Of a stretch of 51,165 nucleotides of DNA, positions 36,761 to 46,871 are shown piece after piece (within the stretch, counting starts at the first letter, position 1; every line of letters starts with the position of its first letter). The notes beneath the pieces are model-generated. The model saw nothing but the letters and a program-made list of their open reading frames with translations. It was not told the DNA's origin and did not search any database. Location of the stretch: the IMG/VR virus record IMGVR_UViG_3300011442_000012, positions 1 to 51,165 of that record, one strand, 5' to 3'. Source of the DNA: a virus. Its lineage: Duplodnaviria > Caudoviricetes. The translations under genes were made by a program, and so were the position numbers.

Positions 36761-38280
36761 GCAACCTCCAACAAGAAGAGTAATTCTTCATCGTCTCGTT
36801 CAATTCGCTGACGCACTTGATCTGGCCCTACGCTCACGCTTCTGGTGCTCATGCGAGCTTGAGCCGAACGGGGATCCCGGCTCGGTGTGCTCCCCGCTGA
36901 GGCCACCATCGCGGCCATCTCTCCAGCTGCGGAGAGAGTGGGCATCTCGGCCACGCTCCTCGCATCCGCTGATCGGAAGGCCAGCGTTGATCCGGCCACG
37001 AACGGCTCGAGACCGGCCACGGACGTTTCGGTCGGAGATACACTCCGTGCTGACAGCTGCGAAGAAGCCGTAAGCGACCTATACGTAGCGACCGCATGCG
37101 ATACGGCTCGGACTCTTCCGGTGGTGCTCTGGGAGGTGAGCGGATCCGCGATGGTAGCAACCGCGTCCCATCGGATGGGCCATCGTCGGGAATCGGCTTC
37201 CACGAATTGAACGACCGATACCGTGGCCACTCCACCGAAAACAATCCCGCCCGATCCGATGTACGTGTATGTTTGCGGACCGGCATTCGGAATGTACGAG
37301 GTCGTCGCGGCTCCACCAAAGTCAATCCCACCCGAAGCCAACCACGCATGTCCGTCTGTAAAGGAGGCCGCACCGCCAAAGACAATGCCTCCGGTGCCGG
37401 CATATGTGGAAGCTTTCGAGAGCGTGGCCGTTCCGCCAAAAACGATTCCACCTGATGCAGCGTATGCATGTCCATTTGCGAACGCAGCCGAACCACCGAA
37501 CGTGATACCACCCGAGCCAGCGTACGCATGACCCGTAGAAAATGTTGAAGATCCGCCGAAGAGAATCGAGGAGCCGAAGAGTGCTGCCGTCGAGATCCAA
37601 CCACCGAACTGAGGGACGGCCTTGTTCAAAAGTCTAAACCGAACACTCGGTGAAGACATGATCGATGTGATGTTGAGCCGGATCTTGATGCGAAGCCGAT
37701 CTGTTGCGGACCCACTTGCGAAGGAATACGCGGCCGTGGATCCTGTCTTCGTCGTGCCAGCACCAGAAATATCAATCGAGCCTAATGAAACTTCCGGACA
37801 CTCATCGATGAGCGTGCCATCTGTTTGCACACGGGCCACGCTGAAAAAGACCGTGCCCGCCCCACCAGATGTAACAGTCCTTGCGATGTAGAACTCGAAT
37901 GGAAAGACGAGATTCGCAGGCCAGTCCACCAATCCGGGAAATCCTGGCAAGGTGAACCAATATTCGTTTTTGGACCCTACAGAAAGAGGAGGTAACTCAA
38001 TGGTCAGTGGACGTTCATTGAACCCCTCACTGGTGATCTTGGTGAAGTGTGTGCCGAGCGACAGATCGGAATCATCAGGAGAAAGTGCTAGCGCACCGGC
38101 CGCATACTGGTAGGATGAGACGAAAAACGCCACCGACGTCGCCGCGCCGCCCCACGTGACGCCACCACTGCCTGTATAGCTATACGTGGCGACGGCGGTT
38201 TCTGGGACATCCCATAACTGGACCGTAGGCCCAGTGTAGCTTGGAATGCGGAGAATAACGTCGCGGTTCTCAGAAGACAT
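36757..38280 (-). CDS. Gly-rich repeat virion/fibre-like protein
   Basis: Roughly 20-aa repeats Y.GSGGI.FGG.A. C-terminal DDEELLFLL. Confidence 0.65.
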   Translation of the reverse strand: MSSENRDVILRIPSYTGPTVQLWDVPETAVATYSYTGSGGVTWGGAATSVAFFVSSYQYAAGALALSPDDSDLSLGTHFTKITSEGFNERPLTIELPPLSVGSKNEYWFTLPGFPGLVDWPANLVFPFEFYIARTVTSGGAGTVFFSVARVQTDGTLIDECPEVSLGSIDISGAGTTKTGSTAAYSFASGSATDRLRIKIRLNITSIMSSPSVRFRLLNKAVPQFGGWISTAALFGSSILFGGSSTFSTGHAYAGSGGITFGGSAAFANGHAYAASGGIVFGGTATLSKASTYAGTGGIVFGGAASFTDGHAWLASGGIDFGGAATTSYIPNAGPQTYTYIGSGGIVFGGVATVSVVQFVEADSRRWPIRWDAVATIADPLTSQSTTGRVRAVSHAVATYRSLTASSQLSARSVSPTETSVAGLEPFVAGSTLAFRSADARSVAEMPTLSAAGEMAAMVASAGSTPSRDPRSAQARMSTRSVSVGPDQVRQRIERDDEELLFLLEVA

Positions 38281-38925
38281 TTAGGGAACGAAGTCAAACA
38301 CGAATTCGTTGTTCACAGGTTCCGGCACAACGTCGTTCCGGGTCGCACCTGCTGAATCCGGAGAGTCGGGGTGATACCCCACGATCTGATAGGCCGTGTT
38401 GAGTGGAACTTGAAAAAAGAACAAACCTTCAAACCCAATTTCAGTTGAAGATACCACCTCTGCTACGACTGGCTGGCCATCTTTCTGCATGCGAGCAGTT
38501 TCTAGACAGACGACACGACAACCGGGGAGTTGAACACCAACGTCATCGAGGGTATAGCCCTGCATCAGAAAGCGCACGGTGCTCTGCCCGATATCGTTGT
38601 TGTTCGCGAACGGGAACGAATTTGGATTAACAGCGATGACGGCGCCACATGGTGTGCAGATACACGCGTTCGCACGAGTGCCCCTTCCAACACCCATCGG
38701 GATCACGCGCGCACTGAACTGCCGAGAACTCATATCCATCATGCCCGTGTCATACAGAACAGGCACGAGTGAAATTGGATTAAGAGGCAAACGGTCTGGC
38801 GGATCGTTGATAAGCGGCGACCAATAGGACTCCCAACGAAACGGAGGGTCATCGGGGATCACCATCTGGGATCCCGCGATAACCCGATCTGTCGGGCCTT
38901 GTGGTGTGAATCTGATGACGGGCAT
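38281..38925 (-). CDS. hypothetical virion protein with prealbumin-like C-terminal domain
   Basis: GYTLD..G..LPGC.V.....VVS...G.F.F.....YQIVGY. Confidence 0.55.
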   Translation of the reverse strand: MPVIRFTPQGPTDRVIAGSQMVIPDDPPFRWESYWSPLINDPPDRLPLNPISLVPVLYDTGMMDMSSRQFSARVIPMGVGRGTRANACICTPCGAVIAVNPNSFPFANNNDIGQSTVRFLMQGYTLDDVGVQLPGCRVVCLETARMQKDGQPVVAEVVSSTEIGFEGLFFFQVPLNTAYQIVGYHPDSPDSAGATRNDVVPEPVNNEFVFDFVP

Positions 38926-38935
38926 GGCGCGTACT

Positions 38936-39484
38936 CTACGGCGTAAGCTGTTCGATGATCGCCTGATGCACTGTCATTGAACCGGTGGCCACCGTCTGTG
39001 TGAAAAAGATGTCGAGCGACAGCGCCGACTGGCTATTGAATCCAGTGCCCACAACAGGCGCCGTATTCCACGGCAGGGAATACCCACCACCAGGACCCGT
39101 GGTTGGCACGGCCGTGTTGATGAGAGCTTCGGTCGTGAGTCTCCATTGGTTCATCAAGTTGGCAGATGTGCCTGAACCAACCGCACGACACGTCAGCAAC
39201 CCTTCGAGGTAGAAGTTGACGTTGGTCTTGGCGACGATGTTGCCCAGCACGGCCAACGTATCCGCCGCGATGACGCCACCCAGTCGCACGTCCCAGCGCA
39301 ACGTGCCGGGTGTGGTGATGACCACCGAGATACGGCCAGTCAGTGTCACCCTCCAGATACGGCCAATCTGCCAGTATCCAGCCGGGAGCGTGGTCGGAAA
39401 GTAGGTCGGGACACACGACGCAGCCGCCGCAGCCGTGAGCACTGGTCCGTCGGTATACGATGAGGCGATGACTTGAACAGCCAT
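38936..39484 (-). CDS. virion beta-sandwich protein, paralog of 27321..27884
   Basis: End-to-end motif sharing. RBS aggag. Confidence 0.7.
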   Translation of the reverse strand: MAVQVIASSYTDGPVLTAAAAASCVPTYFPTTLPAGYWQIGRIWRVTLTGRISVVITTPGTLRWDVRLGGVIAADTLAVLGNIVAKTNVNFYLEGLLTCRAVGSGTSANLMNQWRLTTEALINTAVPTTGPGGGYSLPWNTAPVVGTGFNSQSALSLDIFFTQTVATGSMTVHQAIIEQLTP

Positions 39485-39485
39485 G

Positions 39486-39725
39486 TTACTGTGCTCCTAC
39501 TCGCTGAGTCGCTGGATTGAATCCGGGTGGCAGATGCGCACGACGCGATACCGGAAGGTCCGCGACGTTGGTGACCGGAACCACCGTGCCTCCGGTGACC
39601 ACCACGGCTTTTCCGTTAGGATCGCATTGCGTGGTCCCATCGTCGTTGATGAGATGAAACGCATTGCGTCCAATGTGAATCGCCAGCTGTCCATCGACTT
39701 TTACCCACTGACCGTTACGCGCCAT
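39486..39725 (-). CDS. hypothetical protein
   Basis: ATG 39725 with ggag RBS, tightly packed. Confidence 0.55.
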   Translation of the reverse strand: MARNGQWVKVDGQLAIHIGRNAFHLINDDGTTQCDPNGKAVVVTGGTVVPVTNVADLPVSRRAHLPPGFNPATQRVGAQ

Positions 39726-39727
39726 TG

Positions 39728-40162
39728 TTATTCTCCGGTGAACTGCGGCGTGACCTTGATCTGGTCCCCATTGTTGACGATGTTGAACGGTCCCGTGCTG
39801 AACCGCTCCGCGAACAGAATTTTTCCGCTCGTCGTTTGCACCACGTAATACCCGTACACGTTTCCGAGCGCACCAGTAAAGGTCCACGTCTGTTGCGGGT
39901 AGGCTGCACTCGTCGGCGCTCCGGGTGTGATGGTCCACGAGGCCGGAGAGAACAGAATATCTGCGTATCCGAATCCGGCCGCTTCGGTGTACGATGCTTC
40001 CGTATCCGTTTCAGCCGGAGTGATATTGTTCGTGTAGAGTTTGAGACGACCATCTTGCGGAGCCGTCTTGTTGAGAATGTTCTGAAGCATGACGTCCTCG
40101 GCCGCGTTCGGCACGAGGAGCGCCATGACGACGAACAACCCGAGTAAAGAGAGCAACAGCAT
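39728..40162 (-). CDS. beta-rich virion protein
   Basis: LKLYTN...P......YTEA...GY.....W. Alternative start at 40126. Confidence 0.6.
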   Translation of the reverse strand: MLLLSLLGLFVVMALLVPNAAEDVMLQNILNKTAPQDGRLKLYTNNITPAETDTEASYTEAAGFGYADILFSPASWTITPGAPTSAAYPQQTWTFTGALGNVYGYYVVQTTSGKILFAERFSTGPFNIVNNGDQIKVTPQFTGE

Positions 40163-40405
40163 CTATTTTCTCCCAAATGGGATTGGACCCGGAGGTAGCG
40201 GACCCGGTGCCGGTTGCACGATGCGATTCTGCGAGGCCTTGTACTGCTCGTAGACCACTTCTCTGGCCATTTCCAACAAGCCGTAACAGAGCATGCGTTG
40301 ATCGAACGGTGCTTCCACGTTCACCTGTCCAGCTGCGTTGATGGTGATGATGATCCTGGCCATCTCTGGGATGGCGGCGTTTCCGTTTCCGGGTTCTCCA
40401 AACAT
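40163..40405 (-). CDS. hypothetical protein
   Basis: RBS aggaggag. I.I...GQV.V.AP......YGLLEMA. Confidence 0.6.
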   Translation of the reverse strand: MFGEPGNGNAAIPEMARIIITINAAGQVNVEAPFDQRMLCYGLLEMAREVVYEQYKASQNRIVQPAPGPLPPGPIPFGRK

Positions 40406-40434
40406 CGGTTGCTCCTCCTGATGTGCGAACGAAA

Positions 40435-40584
40435 CTAGTTTCCGTTTCCGCGAATCGTCTGCACGAGCTTGAGAATATCCTGCACGTTGAGTTCGCCGGT
40501 GAACTTCATGCCGGCTCCAGTGAAGAGGCCGATGATCTCTTTCACGATCTTGAGGATCTCGAGAATCTGATTCAGGTCTGCCAT
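40435..40584 (-). CDS. small amphipathic peptide
   Basis: RBS aggag. LNQILEILKIVKEIIGLF. Confidence 0.5.
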   Translation of the reverse strand: MADLNQILEILKIVKEIIGLFTGAGMKFTGELNVQDILKLVQTIRGNGN

Positions 40585-40592
40585 GTTCACTC

Positions 40593-41030
40593 CTACCGGA
40601 TCATGATGAGGGGTTTCCAAGGCTCCGGTCGAATCACCGACCATGAGCCGTTCGTGCTGACGAAGTTCTTGCCGAAGTCGATCACTGCCACGGCTCGGTT
40701 TTGCTTGGTGGCATTGTACACGAGGCCTCCCCGAGCGGTGATCGTCGCATAGGGCCATGAGGGATCATTCCAATCCAGCGTGGACCACGCGTTCTTGTTG
40801 GGATCCTGCGTATCAGCTGGTGTCGTACCCACCATGAACCCGGTGAGCACTTGGCCTCCCGCATCGTACCCCGGAGAACCGATCACTTCTTCCTCGGTTG
40901 TGTAGGCTGGCGTGGAGCGAGAAAGATTCGCATTCGACGAGTAGAGTGCTAACCGGTACACGTCCGTGGGTTGATGGATCCCCTGCAAAATATCCGTGAA
41001 AAAGCTCTGGACGATAGCTTGAACAATCAT
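40593..41030 (-). CDS. beta-rich virion protein
   Basis: SF..DIL.G.H....Y.LALY.......T.AYT...EV.G.GY.AGG..L. Confidence 0.65.
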   Translation of the reverse strand: MIVQAIVQSFFTDILQGIHQPTDVYRLALYSSNANLSRSTPAYTTEEEVIGSPGYDAGGQVLTGFMVGTTPADTQDPNKNAWSTLDWNDPSWPYATITARGGLVYNATKQNRAVAVIDFGKNFVSTNGSWSVIRPEPWKPLIMIR

Positions 41031-42508
41031 CCTTCAATCCTCGTGATGAGTCCACTGGAGTCACGAACGATATTTTTCACCGGTGTAGGAGGTACGGGAG
41101 GTGGCGGTGGGGGTGGCTCGTTGGATTTGGTACGATCAATCCGTTCCTGGATATCTTCCAATTCCTCTTCCGCACTCACGCCTTCTCGGGCCCATCCACC
41201 CTTCACGAGAATATCGTACCACGTCTCGAACGAAATCTCATCGGCTTGCAAGGCTGCGAGAGCGGCCTGAATGTCTTGCGCCGACGCCTTCATGTCCATG
41301 TACGCTTTGTTGAGTTCGACACTGGTCTCCGAGTCCACTGGTTCCTCAACGGTGCTGTCCCACCACACCATCATCTGTAAGGCCTGCGTAAAGGCCTGCT
41401 CGATCGAACCGGCAATGGATCGCAGTGACGCGTTCTCTCCCGAGTGGCGGATGATGACCGCCGTAGCCGTGTCGCGGGCGACCGGTTCTTCCAGCAACCG
41501 TGCCCCGAGGGAGGCCATCTGCTTCTCTTTATCCGTCATGGCCTCCTTGATGGCTCGGAGGCCTTCACCGGAAAACTCCAACATACCGGCCGCACCGTTC
41601 ATGTCGAGTTCCCATACGACACTCGGTCCCATACGAAGCGGAGCGTTTGCATCGCCGGATCCCTTGGCTCCCGAGACCCATGGGGTAGGGAGCGCGACGA
41701 GGTGCAATCCGTACTCGTAGTCCACCGAGTTACGCCAGTGTGCGAGATTCACATCCGCAAGATCGAGCAGGGGTGGCTTCTCAAGCTCGGATGTCGCATG
41801 CGTCGTACCGATGAATACGAACGGAATGAAATCGAGCGGCTCTCCTCGTCGCTGAAGCACGACCGCAGATTCGTAGGTGACCCACTCGTTGTTTCCCGGT
41901 TCTTTTTCTCGCCACAGCTGGCGCACGCAGATTCCGTCGAGCAGCATCATCACACGGTATTGGCAGACTCTCTTGCACTCGAATGGATCTTTCGTGTCTG
42001 GAGTCTCGGCCTCCTCCTTGAGCACGACCATGGTGAGTTCTTCATCACCCTGAAAGCGAGCCGTCTTCCAGTTCACGATCTGTTCCGCGCGATACCCCAC
42101 CGCATACGGCCGATTGTCGATCGCACCCTCCACGGCCATGTCCACCAGGATCCCATAGCGACCAAGCAGCATCACCTCACGGCCGGCATCTACCGCAAAC
42201 ATTTCGAACGTGATTCCCGAGAGGGTGATATCTTGCAGATACGGTTTCTGCGCATCCGGGATCTTTACCTCGGGTGGCTTCTGGAAGATGGCACCAGTGA
42301 GACCTTGCACGGTCCGCTGCGTGGCATTGTAAAAGTTTCCCCGCTTGCGGTAGGCGACGTTCGCATTCGCATCCACCACACCGGGAAGATCCGGGACATA
42401 GAGCGGACCGGCCTTGAGCACGGCATCTCGGCCTCCGTGACAGTGGCGCATCCGCTCCCAGAATGTCGTGAAGGCTTTGTAGTCGTCACGTTCGTAATTG
42501 ACGGCCAT
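41027..42508 (-). CDS. portal protein (DUF4055-type)
   Basis: Y..R..FYN.T.RT..GL.G.IF.K.P, GR.GILVD, IPFVF.G, PPLLDLA..N..H.R.S.DY. Confidence 0.9.
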   Translation of the reverse strand: MAVNYERDDYKAFTTFWERMRHCHGGRDAVLKAGPLYVPDLPGVVDANANVAYRKRGNFYNATQRTVQGLTGAIFQKPPEVKIPDAQKPYLQDITLSGITFEMFAVDAGREVMLLGRYGILVDMAVEGAIDNRPYAVGYRAEQIVNWKTARFQGDEELTMVVLKEEAETPDTKDPFECKRVCQYRVMMLLDGICVRQLWREKEPGNNEWVTYESAVVLQRRGEPLDFIPFVFIGTTHATSELEKPPLLDLADVNLAHWRNSVDYEYGLHLVALPTPWVSGAKGSGDANAPLRMGPSVVWELDMNGAAGMLEFSGEGLRAIKEAMTDKEKQMASLGARLLEEPVARDTATAVIIRHSGENASLRSIAGSIEQAFTQALQMMVWWDSTVEEPVDSETSVELNKAYMDMKASAQDIQAALAALQADEISFETWYDILVKGGWAREGVSAEEELEDIQERIDRTKSNEPPPPPPPVPPTPVKNIVRDSSGLITRIEG

Positions 42509-42509
42509 G

Positions 42510-42728
42510 CTACTTCACCGCCATCATGGTGGATTGACGCTGCTGGATCCGATTCAGTTCTTCGATCACTCTCCTCACCTGCGCATCGAAGTCGCTGGTG
42601 TCGCAGTTGATCTTCACGGTGAGTTCGCCGATGTTCTGCTTCTGGTAGCGAGCCGGTGGAATCTCGTACCACGCATTCCAGAAACCCGTACAGAAGGCAC
42701 GCCAGATCTTCGTGAGCTTCGTTCTCAT
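42510..42728 (-). CDS. hypothetical protein
   Basis: ATGA overlap, tightly packed. Confidence 0.5.
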   Translation of the reverse strand: MRTKLTKIWRAFCTGFWNAWYEIPPARYQKQNIGELTVKINCDTSDFDAQVRRVIEELNRIQQRQSTMMAVK

Positions 42729-42997
42729 TGCGTGATCCATTCTCCGTTGGTGAGGAAACCGTGCCACTCACAGCCGTCCATCCGTCGAATGCTTGGCGTG
42801 AGGGTGGGCTGCTCCTCGTGGCCGTTCCACTCCCACCCCGGTCCACTCTCTCCCGCGTTCTTGATCGGCAAGTTCAACACCTGTCCGCAGCCACAGGGAC
42901 AACGAAAGATAATAAACCGATGCCCATCGCCGAAGTAGTACGCACCGGGAAACGTACATTGGTCGTACCCATGCACATGCGAGGCCGGAAGACTCAT
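42725..42997 (-). CDS. DUF6527-like Cys/His protein
   Basis: FRCPCGCG...WEWNG..EQPTLTPSI....C.WHGFL.NGEW. Confidence 0.65.
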   Translation of the reverse strand: MSLPASHVHGYDQCTFPGAYYFGDGHRFIIFRCPCGCGQVLNLPIKNAGESGPGWEWNGHEEQPTLTPSIRRMDGCEWHGFLTNGEWITQ

Positions 42998-43395
42998 GCG
43001 AATCCGAGGGTGGCCACGGTGAACATCGAGTGGTGCGGGCATGCCATCGGTGATGGCAGGCTCCTCCCGTCCTGGCTCGAGATCAACCACGTGGCCACGA
43101 AGTTCGTGATTAAAAGGAACGGAGATCTCATACCTTCTTCTCCGGAGGGTAGGAGGAGGGTGCACGTCCACAATCGCAGCCGAGCACCGGAAGTGCCGTG
43201 AGAATTTTCACCTCCACGCCTTTGCAACCGGGGAACCAACATTTGAGAAGTGGCATCAGTGCCACCAACCGAAGGCATGCGAGGCTAGGGCCGACCCAAG
43301 GGCTGCGGCAGCTGCGAGGAGCATCGCGCGCACGCAATCCCAACAGAGTCGGCCCCAGATCAAGGGCGCACGACAGTTCAGACAGAAGCGTCCGT

Positions 43396-44850
43396 TCACC
43401 ACTGAGCCTCACGTACGCGCACTTCTGATACTGAACCGGTGTAGTCCAGGTTAGAGAGCATCAACGCGTCCGCATCATCCGGGGAGGGTTTGCCTCTCCG
43501 CTTGATGTCATCCTTGGACTCCATCTGGATCTTCCCTTTGGAGTTGCGTTTGTATTTCAAGTCCACCAGCTGTGCCGCGAGATCATCATCGTGCTCGTCG
43601 ATGTCAATCGTTCCGGCCTGAAAGCGTTCCCGCAAAGACCAATACCCTTCCGCGCGGATGTTCTCAAAGTGCTCATGGTCCTTCGCGGGTTTCGAGACAT
43701 TTACCCCGATCACCGTCTTCTGGTGGCGAAGCTCGTGCGCCCGATTCACCACGCCACGCCCGATGCCAATCTCGTCCACCTTGGCTTTCGTGATGCGATC
43801 CTCCTCCTTGAAGGTACCGGGGAGCAGATACGAGAGCAGGTTCCCGCACGTGACCATCGTATCGGGAATCTGATCCCGTCGGACAATGCGGAACACCTCG
43901 CCACGCCGTTCGCAATAGGTGGAGTTGTTCGAGCCACCACCGACGTCCAGGCCCATCTCATGCGGGAGCGAGGGGAGAAGGATGCGATCCATCGCCTTGC
44001 GGACCCATGTGATCGGCAAGAGACCGTCTTGCGTGTTCTCGGGAAACTGCCCGAGCACCTTACTCTTCCAGAACGGATTCTCTTCACCCCACTTGCGTCG
44101 CTTCTCTTCCACCCAGAGTTTACCGACGAGGAGTGGGCGCAAGCGATCGGGGATGGGTTCGTCGGTAAAGTTCGGCGTATCGAAGGCCGAGATCGGAATG
44201 ACATGCCAGCCGGATCCGGGTTTACAGACGGTATGGAATTCGGTTTCGGGATCGTCCGGGTTCCCGATCACGAGAAAGCGAGAGTCATCGTTCGCAATGA
44301 GAGAGTCGGCCGCTTCCCAGAGGCCGCGTGAATCGATACCGCCACCCTCGTCAAAGATCACGAGCACGTATCTGGCGTGGATCCCTTGAAACGCGGCCGG
44401 ATCTAGATCATCCGGCTTCATGCCGAAGGCCACCAACTCTTCCTTGCCATTGGCCATCGTCATGAACCACTCGGTTTGATTCATGCGGCCGGAGAGGGTC
44501 GCATTGCCGTGCACCCGGTTCATTTCACGCCAGAGAATGTTTCGGACCTGACGAGCCGTCGGTGCCGACGTGACGACGAACGCTTCTCCGGCCGGATGAT
44601 TCATGAGCCAGTGCGCCGCAATCCTCGCCGCAAGGAAGGACTTTCCAGCACCGTGGCATGAGGGCACCGCGGTGCGGCGATTGTCCCGCACGGACTCCAT
44701 CACGGTCTTCTGCTTACTCCATAAATGCTCCTTCAGAATCTCGGTCGTCCAGCGAACCGGATCTTTGAGGTAGCGTCGGCGTGCAAGCTCCGCCTCGATG
44801 GAAGCCAATTCCATGCGGGGTGAGAGCTTCGTCGCCGTCGCGGAGGTCAT
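43396..44850 (-). CDS. terL: terminase large subunit
   Basis: SCHGAGKS, LVIFDE, IGNP, GLDV, VDEIGIG.GV, SPDDADAL. Confidence 0.95.
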   Translation of the reverse strand: MTSATATKLSPRMELASIEAELARRRYLKDPVRWTTEILKEHLWSKQKTVMESVRDNRRTAVPSCHGAGKSFLAARIAAHWLMNHPAGEAFVVTSAPTARQVRNILWREMNRVHGNATLSGRMNQTEWFMTMANGKEELVAFGMKPDDLDPAAFQGIHARYVLVIFDEGGGIDSRGLWEAADSLIANDDSRFLVIGNPDDPETEFHTVCKPGSGWHVIPISAFDTPNFTDEPIPDRLRPLLVGKLWVEEKRRKWGEENPFWKSKVLGQFPENTQDGLLPITWVRKAMDRILLPSLPHEMGLDVGGGSNNSTYCERRGEVFRIVRRDQIPDTMVTCGNLLSYLLPGTFKEEDRITKAKVDEIGIGRGVVNRAHELRHQKTVIGVNVSKPAKDHEHFENIRAEGYWSLRERFQAGTIDIDEHDDDLAAQLVDLKYKRNSKGKIQMESKDDIKRRGKPSPDDADALMLSNLDYTGSVSEVRVREAQW

Positions 44851-44851
44851 G

Positions 44852-45292
44852 CTACTGCACTTCGTCCACGGTCACGTTCGCGTACACGGCGCTATTCACC
44901 GCGAGGTTCCACAGCACGAGGCTGGCATTCGCGGGAATGTAGAGCGACATCAGATCGCCTCCCGGATCCACATCCGAGAGATTGTGTCCCTGCGTCGCGG
45001 GATGCTGGTACTGCCGATAGAATTGCGTGGGCGCGGTCGGTGGAGTCGCCCATGCCAACGCGATGGTGGCGAGCAGCACATCCGAGGAGCCGTGCACGAG
45101 GAACGCCACCGGGGTAGTGGGCGTCACACCTTTCGCAGCTGGCCGACCAATCGCAAACGTCGAGGCCGTGGCGGCTGCGAGGGTGTACGTGAGCCGACGG
45201 AGCCAGATCGGTTTCACGCCCGCGATAATTTCTAATGCGGGCGCTGCCGATCCCGTCCCGGTCGTCAGTCTGGAGAGGGAGCCTCGGATCAT
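44852..45292 (-). CDS. hypothetical beta-rich protein
   Basis: Abuts terL. A/T-rich composition. Confidence 0.55.
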   Translation of the reverse strand: MIRGSLSRLTTGTGSAAPALEIIAGVKPIWLRRLTYTLAAATASTFAIGRPAAKGVTPTTPVAFLVHGSSDVLLATIALAWATPPTAPTQFYRQYQHPATQGHNLSDVDPGGDLMSLYIPANASLVLWNLAVNSAVYANVTVDEVQ

Positions 45293-45306
45293 GGATCTGC
45301 CTTTCG

Positions 45307-45588
45307 TTATTTAAACGCGTGTTCGTTGCCGGTCACGTGAATGCGTTTCGTGGGATGGTCGCGGAGGTGGACATCGCGATCCACGATCCCCGAGTAGCCG
45401 TTCTGCGAGGAATAGCCGGAAATGGAAAAATGCGCCGGAGCCGAGAGGAGCCGCGTCATCCGATGCAGCGTACGGGACCGACCATTGGGAGCGAGATGCA
45501 CGCAAAGCGGTGCAGCCTCGGTGTGGCTGCGGACCAGATATTCCTTCACGGCTCCGCAGTCCTCACATTCGAAATCGTACAGGGGCAT
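45307..45588 (-). CDS. FmdB-like zinc-ribbon protein
   Basis: MPLYDFECEDCG...E.L......C...M.RL.SAP. Confidence 0.7.
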   Translation of the reverse strand: MPLYDFECEDCGAVKEYLVRSHTEAAPLCVHLAPNGRSRTLHRMTRLLSAPAHFSISGYSSQNGYSGIVDRDVHLRDHPTKRIHVTGNEHAFK

Positions 45589-45599
45589 GACGGTCTTCC

Positions 45600-45797
45600 T
45601 TAGAGATGCGGCAGGGTGGTCTTGCCGGTGAGGAGGCCGATAAGGAAAAGCACAATCAGAATCACGACGGCGACGTTGAGCGTGGTCTTGAACGTATCCG
45701 ACATCGGAATCTTCTCGGTGATCAGCCACACGATGAAGCCGATCAGCGCGATCAGGAGCAGGAACGTCAAAATGCCCACGATGGAAAGCGTGGCCAT
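45600..45797 (-). CDS. small two-TM membrane protein
   Basis: LIGFIVWLI...IPM...K..LN..VVI..VLFL. Confidence 0.65.
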   Translation of the reverse strand: MATLSIVGILTFLLLIALIGFIVWLITEKIPMSDTFKTTLNVAVVILIVLFLIGLLTGKTTLPHL

Positions 45798-45949
45798 GGT
45801 GTCTCGGTTTCAGATTTCAGAATTTCCGGAACCGAAAGTGGCATTCACCACTTCGGTTGAAAAAGCAAATGTGCCATGCGAGTGCATCCCGCACGATATC
45901 ACCACACTGGGGGTGACACCCGGCCTCCGTCGCATGGCACCATGGCATG

Positions 45950-46177
45950 CTACGCGTCGTTCTTCTTGCGCGTTTTCTTTTTTCCGTTTTCCTCGTCGAG
46001 CATCGCATCGACCGGGTCGCCGCTCTCAGGGAAACGCGTATCCTCTTCCTCTTCCGTAGGCGGATGATCGAACCATTCGCCTATCAACGCGCGATCAGCC
46101 TGCTCGTCCTCGACGCGTACAGGGTTCCCGCTCCGAGGGAAGCGGTACGTAGGATAACTGACGCTGCTGCCTGCCAT
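45950..46177 (-). CDS. small acidic hypothetical protein
   Basis: RBS aggaggag. Confidence 0.55.
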   Translation of the reverse strand: MAGSSVSYPTYRFPRSGNPVRVEDEQADRALIGEWFDHPPTEEEEDTRFPESGDPVDAMLDEENGKKKTRKKNDA

Positions 46178-46190
46178 GTGCTCCTCCTGC

Positions 46191-46691
46191 TCAGTGCTTG
46201 GTTGCTACACTATCGCCGCTCTCGGCCTGAAGCATACCCGCAACCGCTAGGGCACGCTCCCTCAGCTGCTCGTCTGTGAGTGCTGATAGCTCTTGCTGCA
46301 AGGACAGCGTACCGGAATGCTCCACCATTTCCTTCGGCTTGCCCTTGGCGTAATACCACAACATGCATTCCACCGCAGGCCGCACGTTTCTCAGGCGGAG
46401 ATCTCGCAGCAGACGTTTCCGATACATCGGATCTTCGATCATTTCGAGTGCGGTCATCCGTGCTTCTGGGGTGAGATGGACTTTCTTCTTGCGTGCTCTG
46501 GTCTCGAGCGATTCACGAACGTCCCGTGCGCGGGTTTTTCCATGCGGCGAGACTTTCCAATGACACGCTCCGGGGTGATCGAGTAGTCGAACGCACGGAG
46601 AATTCGTGCGTGGATGTTTTTCCTCGCAGCGTGCACGCAAACCCGGTGTGCGCTTCATACTCGGCCGCACGAACGTGATCGATTTTTTCAC
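46191..46691 (-). CDS. putative terminase small subunit
   Basis: First gene of the late arm. YAKGKP...VEHSG.....LS.LTDEQL tail. Confidence 0.6.
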   Translation of the reverse strand: MKKSITFVRPSMKRTPGLRARCEEKHPRTNSPCVRLLDHPGACHWKVSPHGKTRARDVRESLETRARKKKVHLTPEARMTALEMIEDPMYRKRLLRDLRLRNVRPAVECMLWYYAKGKPKEMVEHSGTLSLQQELSALTDEQLRERALAVAGMLQAESGDSVATKH

Positions 46692-46871
46692 GTGTCACTC
46701 GCTCCGCAGTGCGAAAAAGATTTTTCTTGCGTTCTCGAAATTTTTTCGCACCGCAAAATGGATTTTAGATAGCATCTCGTCACATTTTGGTGGTCCAAAA
46801 ACCACCCTCACTCCTCCTCAGCCTAGAGCAGAAAAACCGGTGCTTTTTCCACGAATTTTTTTCCATGTTTC

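Noticed and set aside
42994-43412. Short ORFs between terL and the DUF6527-like gene
   Set aside because: Several competing frames without clear RBS or motifs, so none can be chosen.
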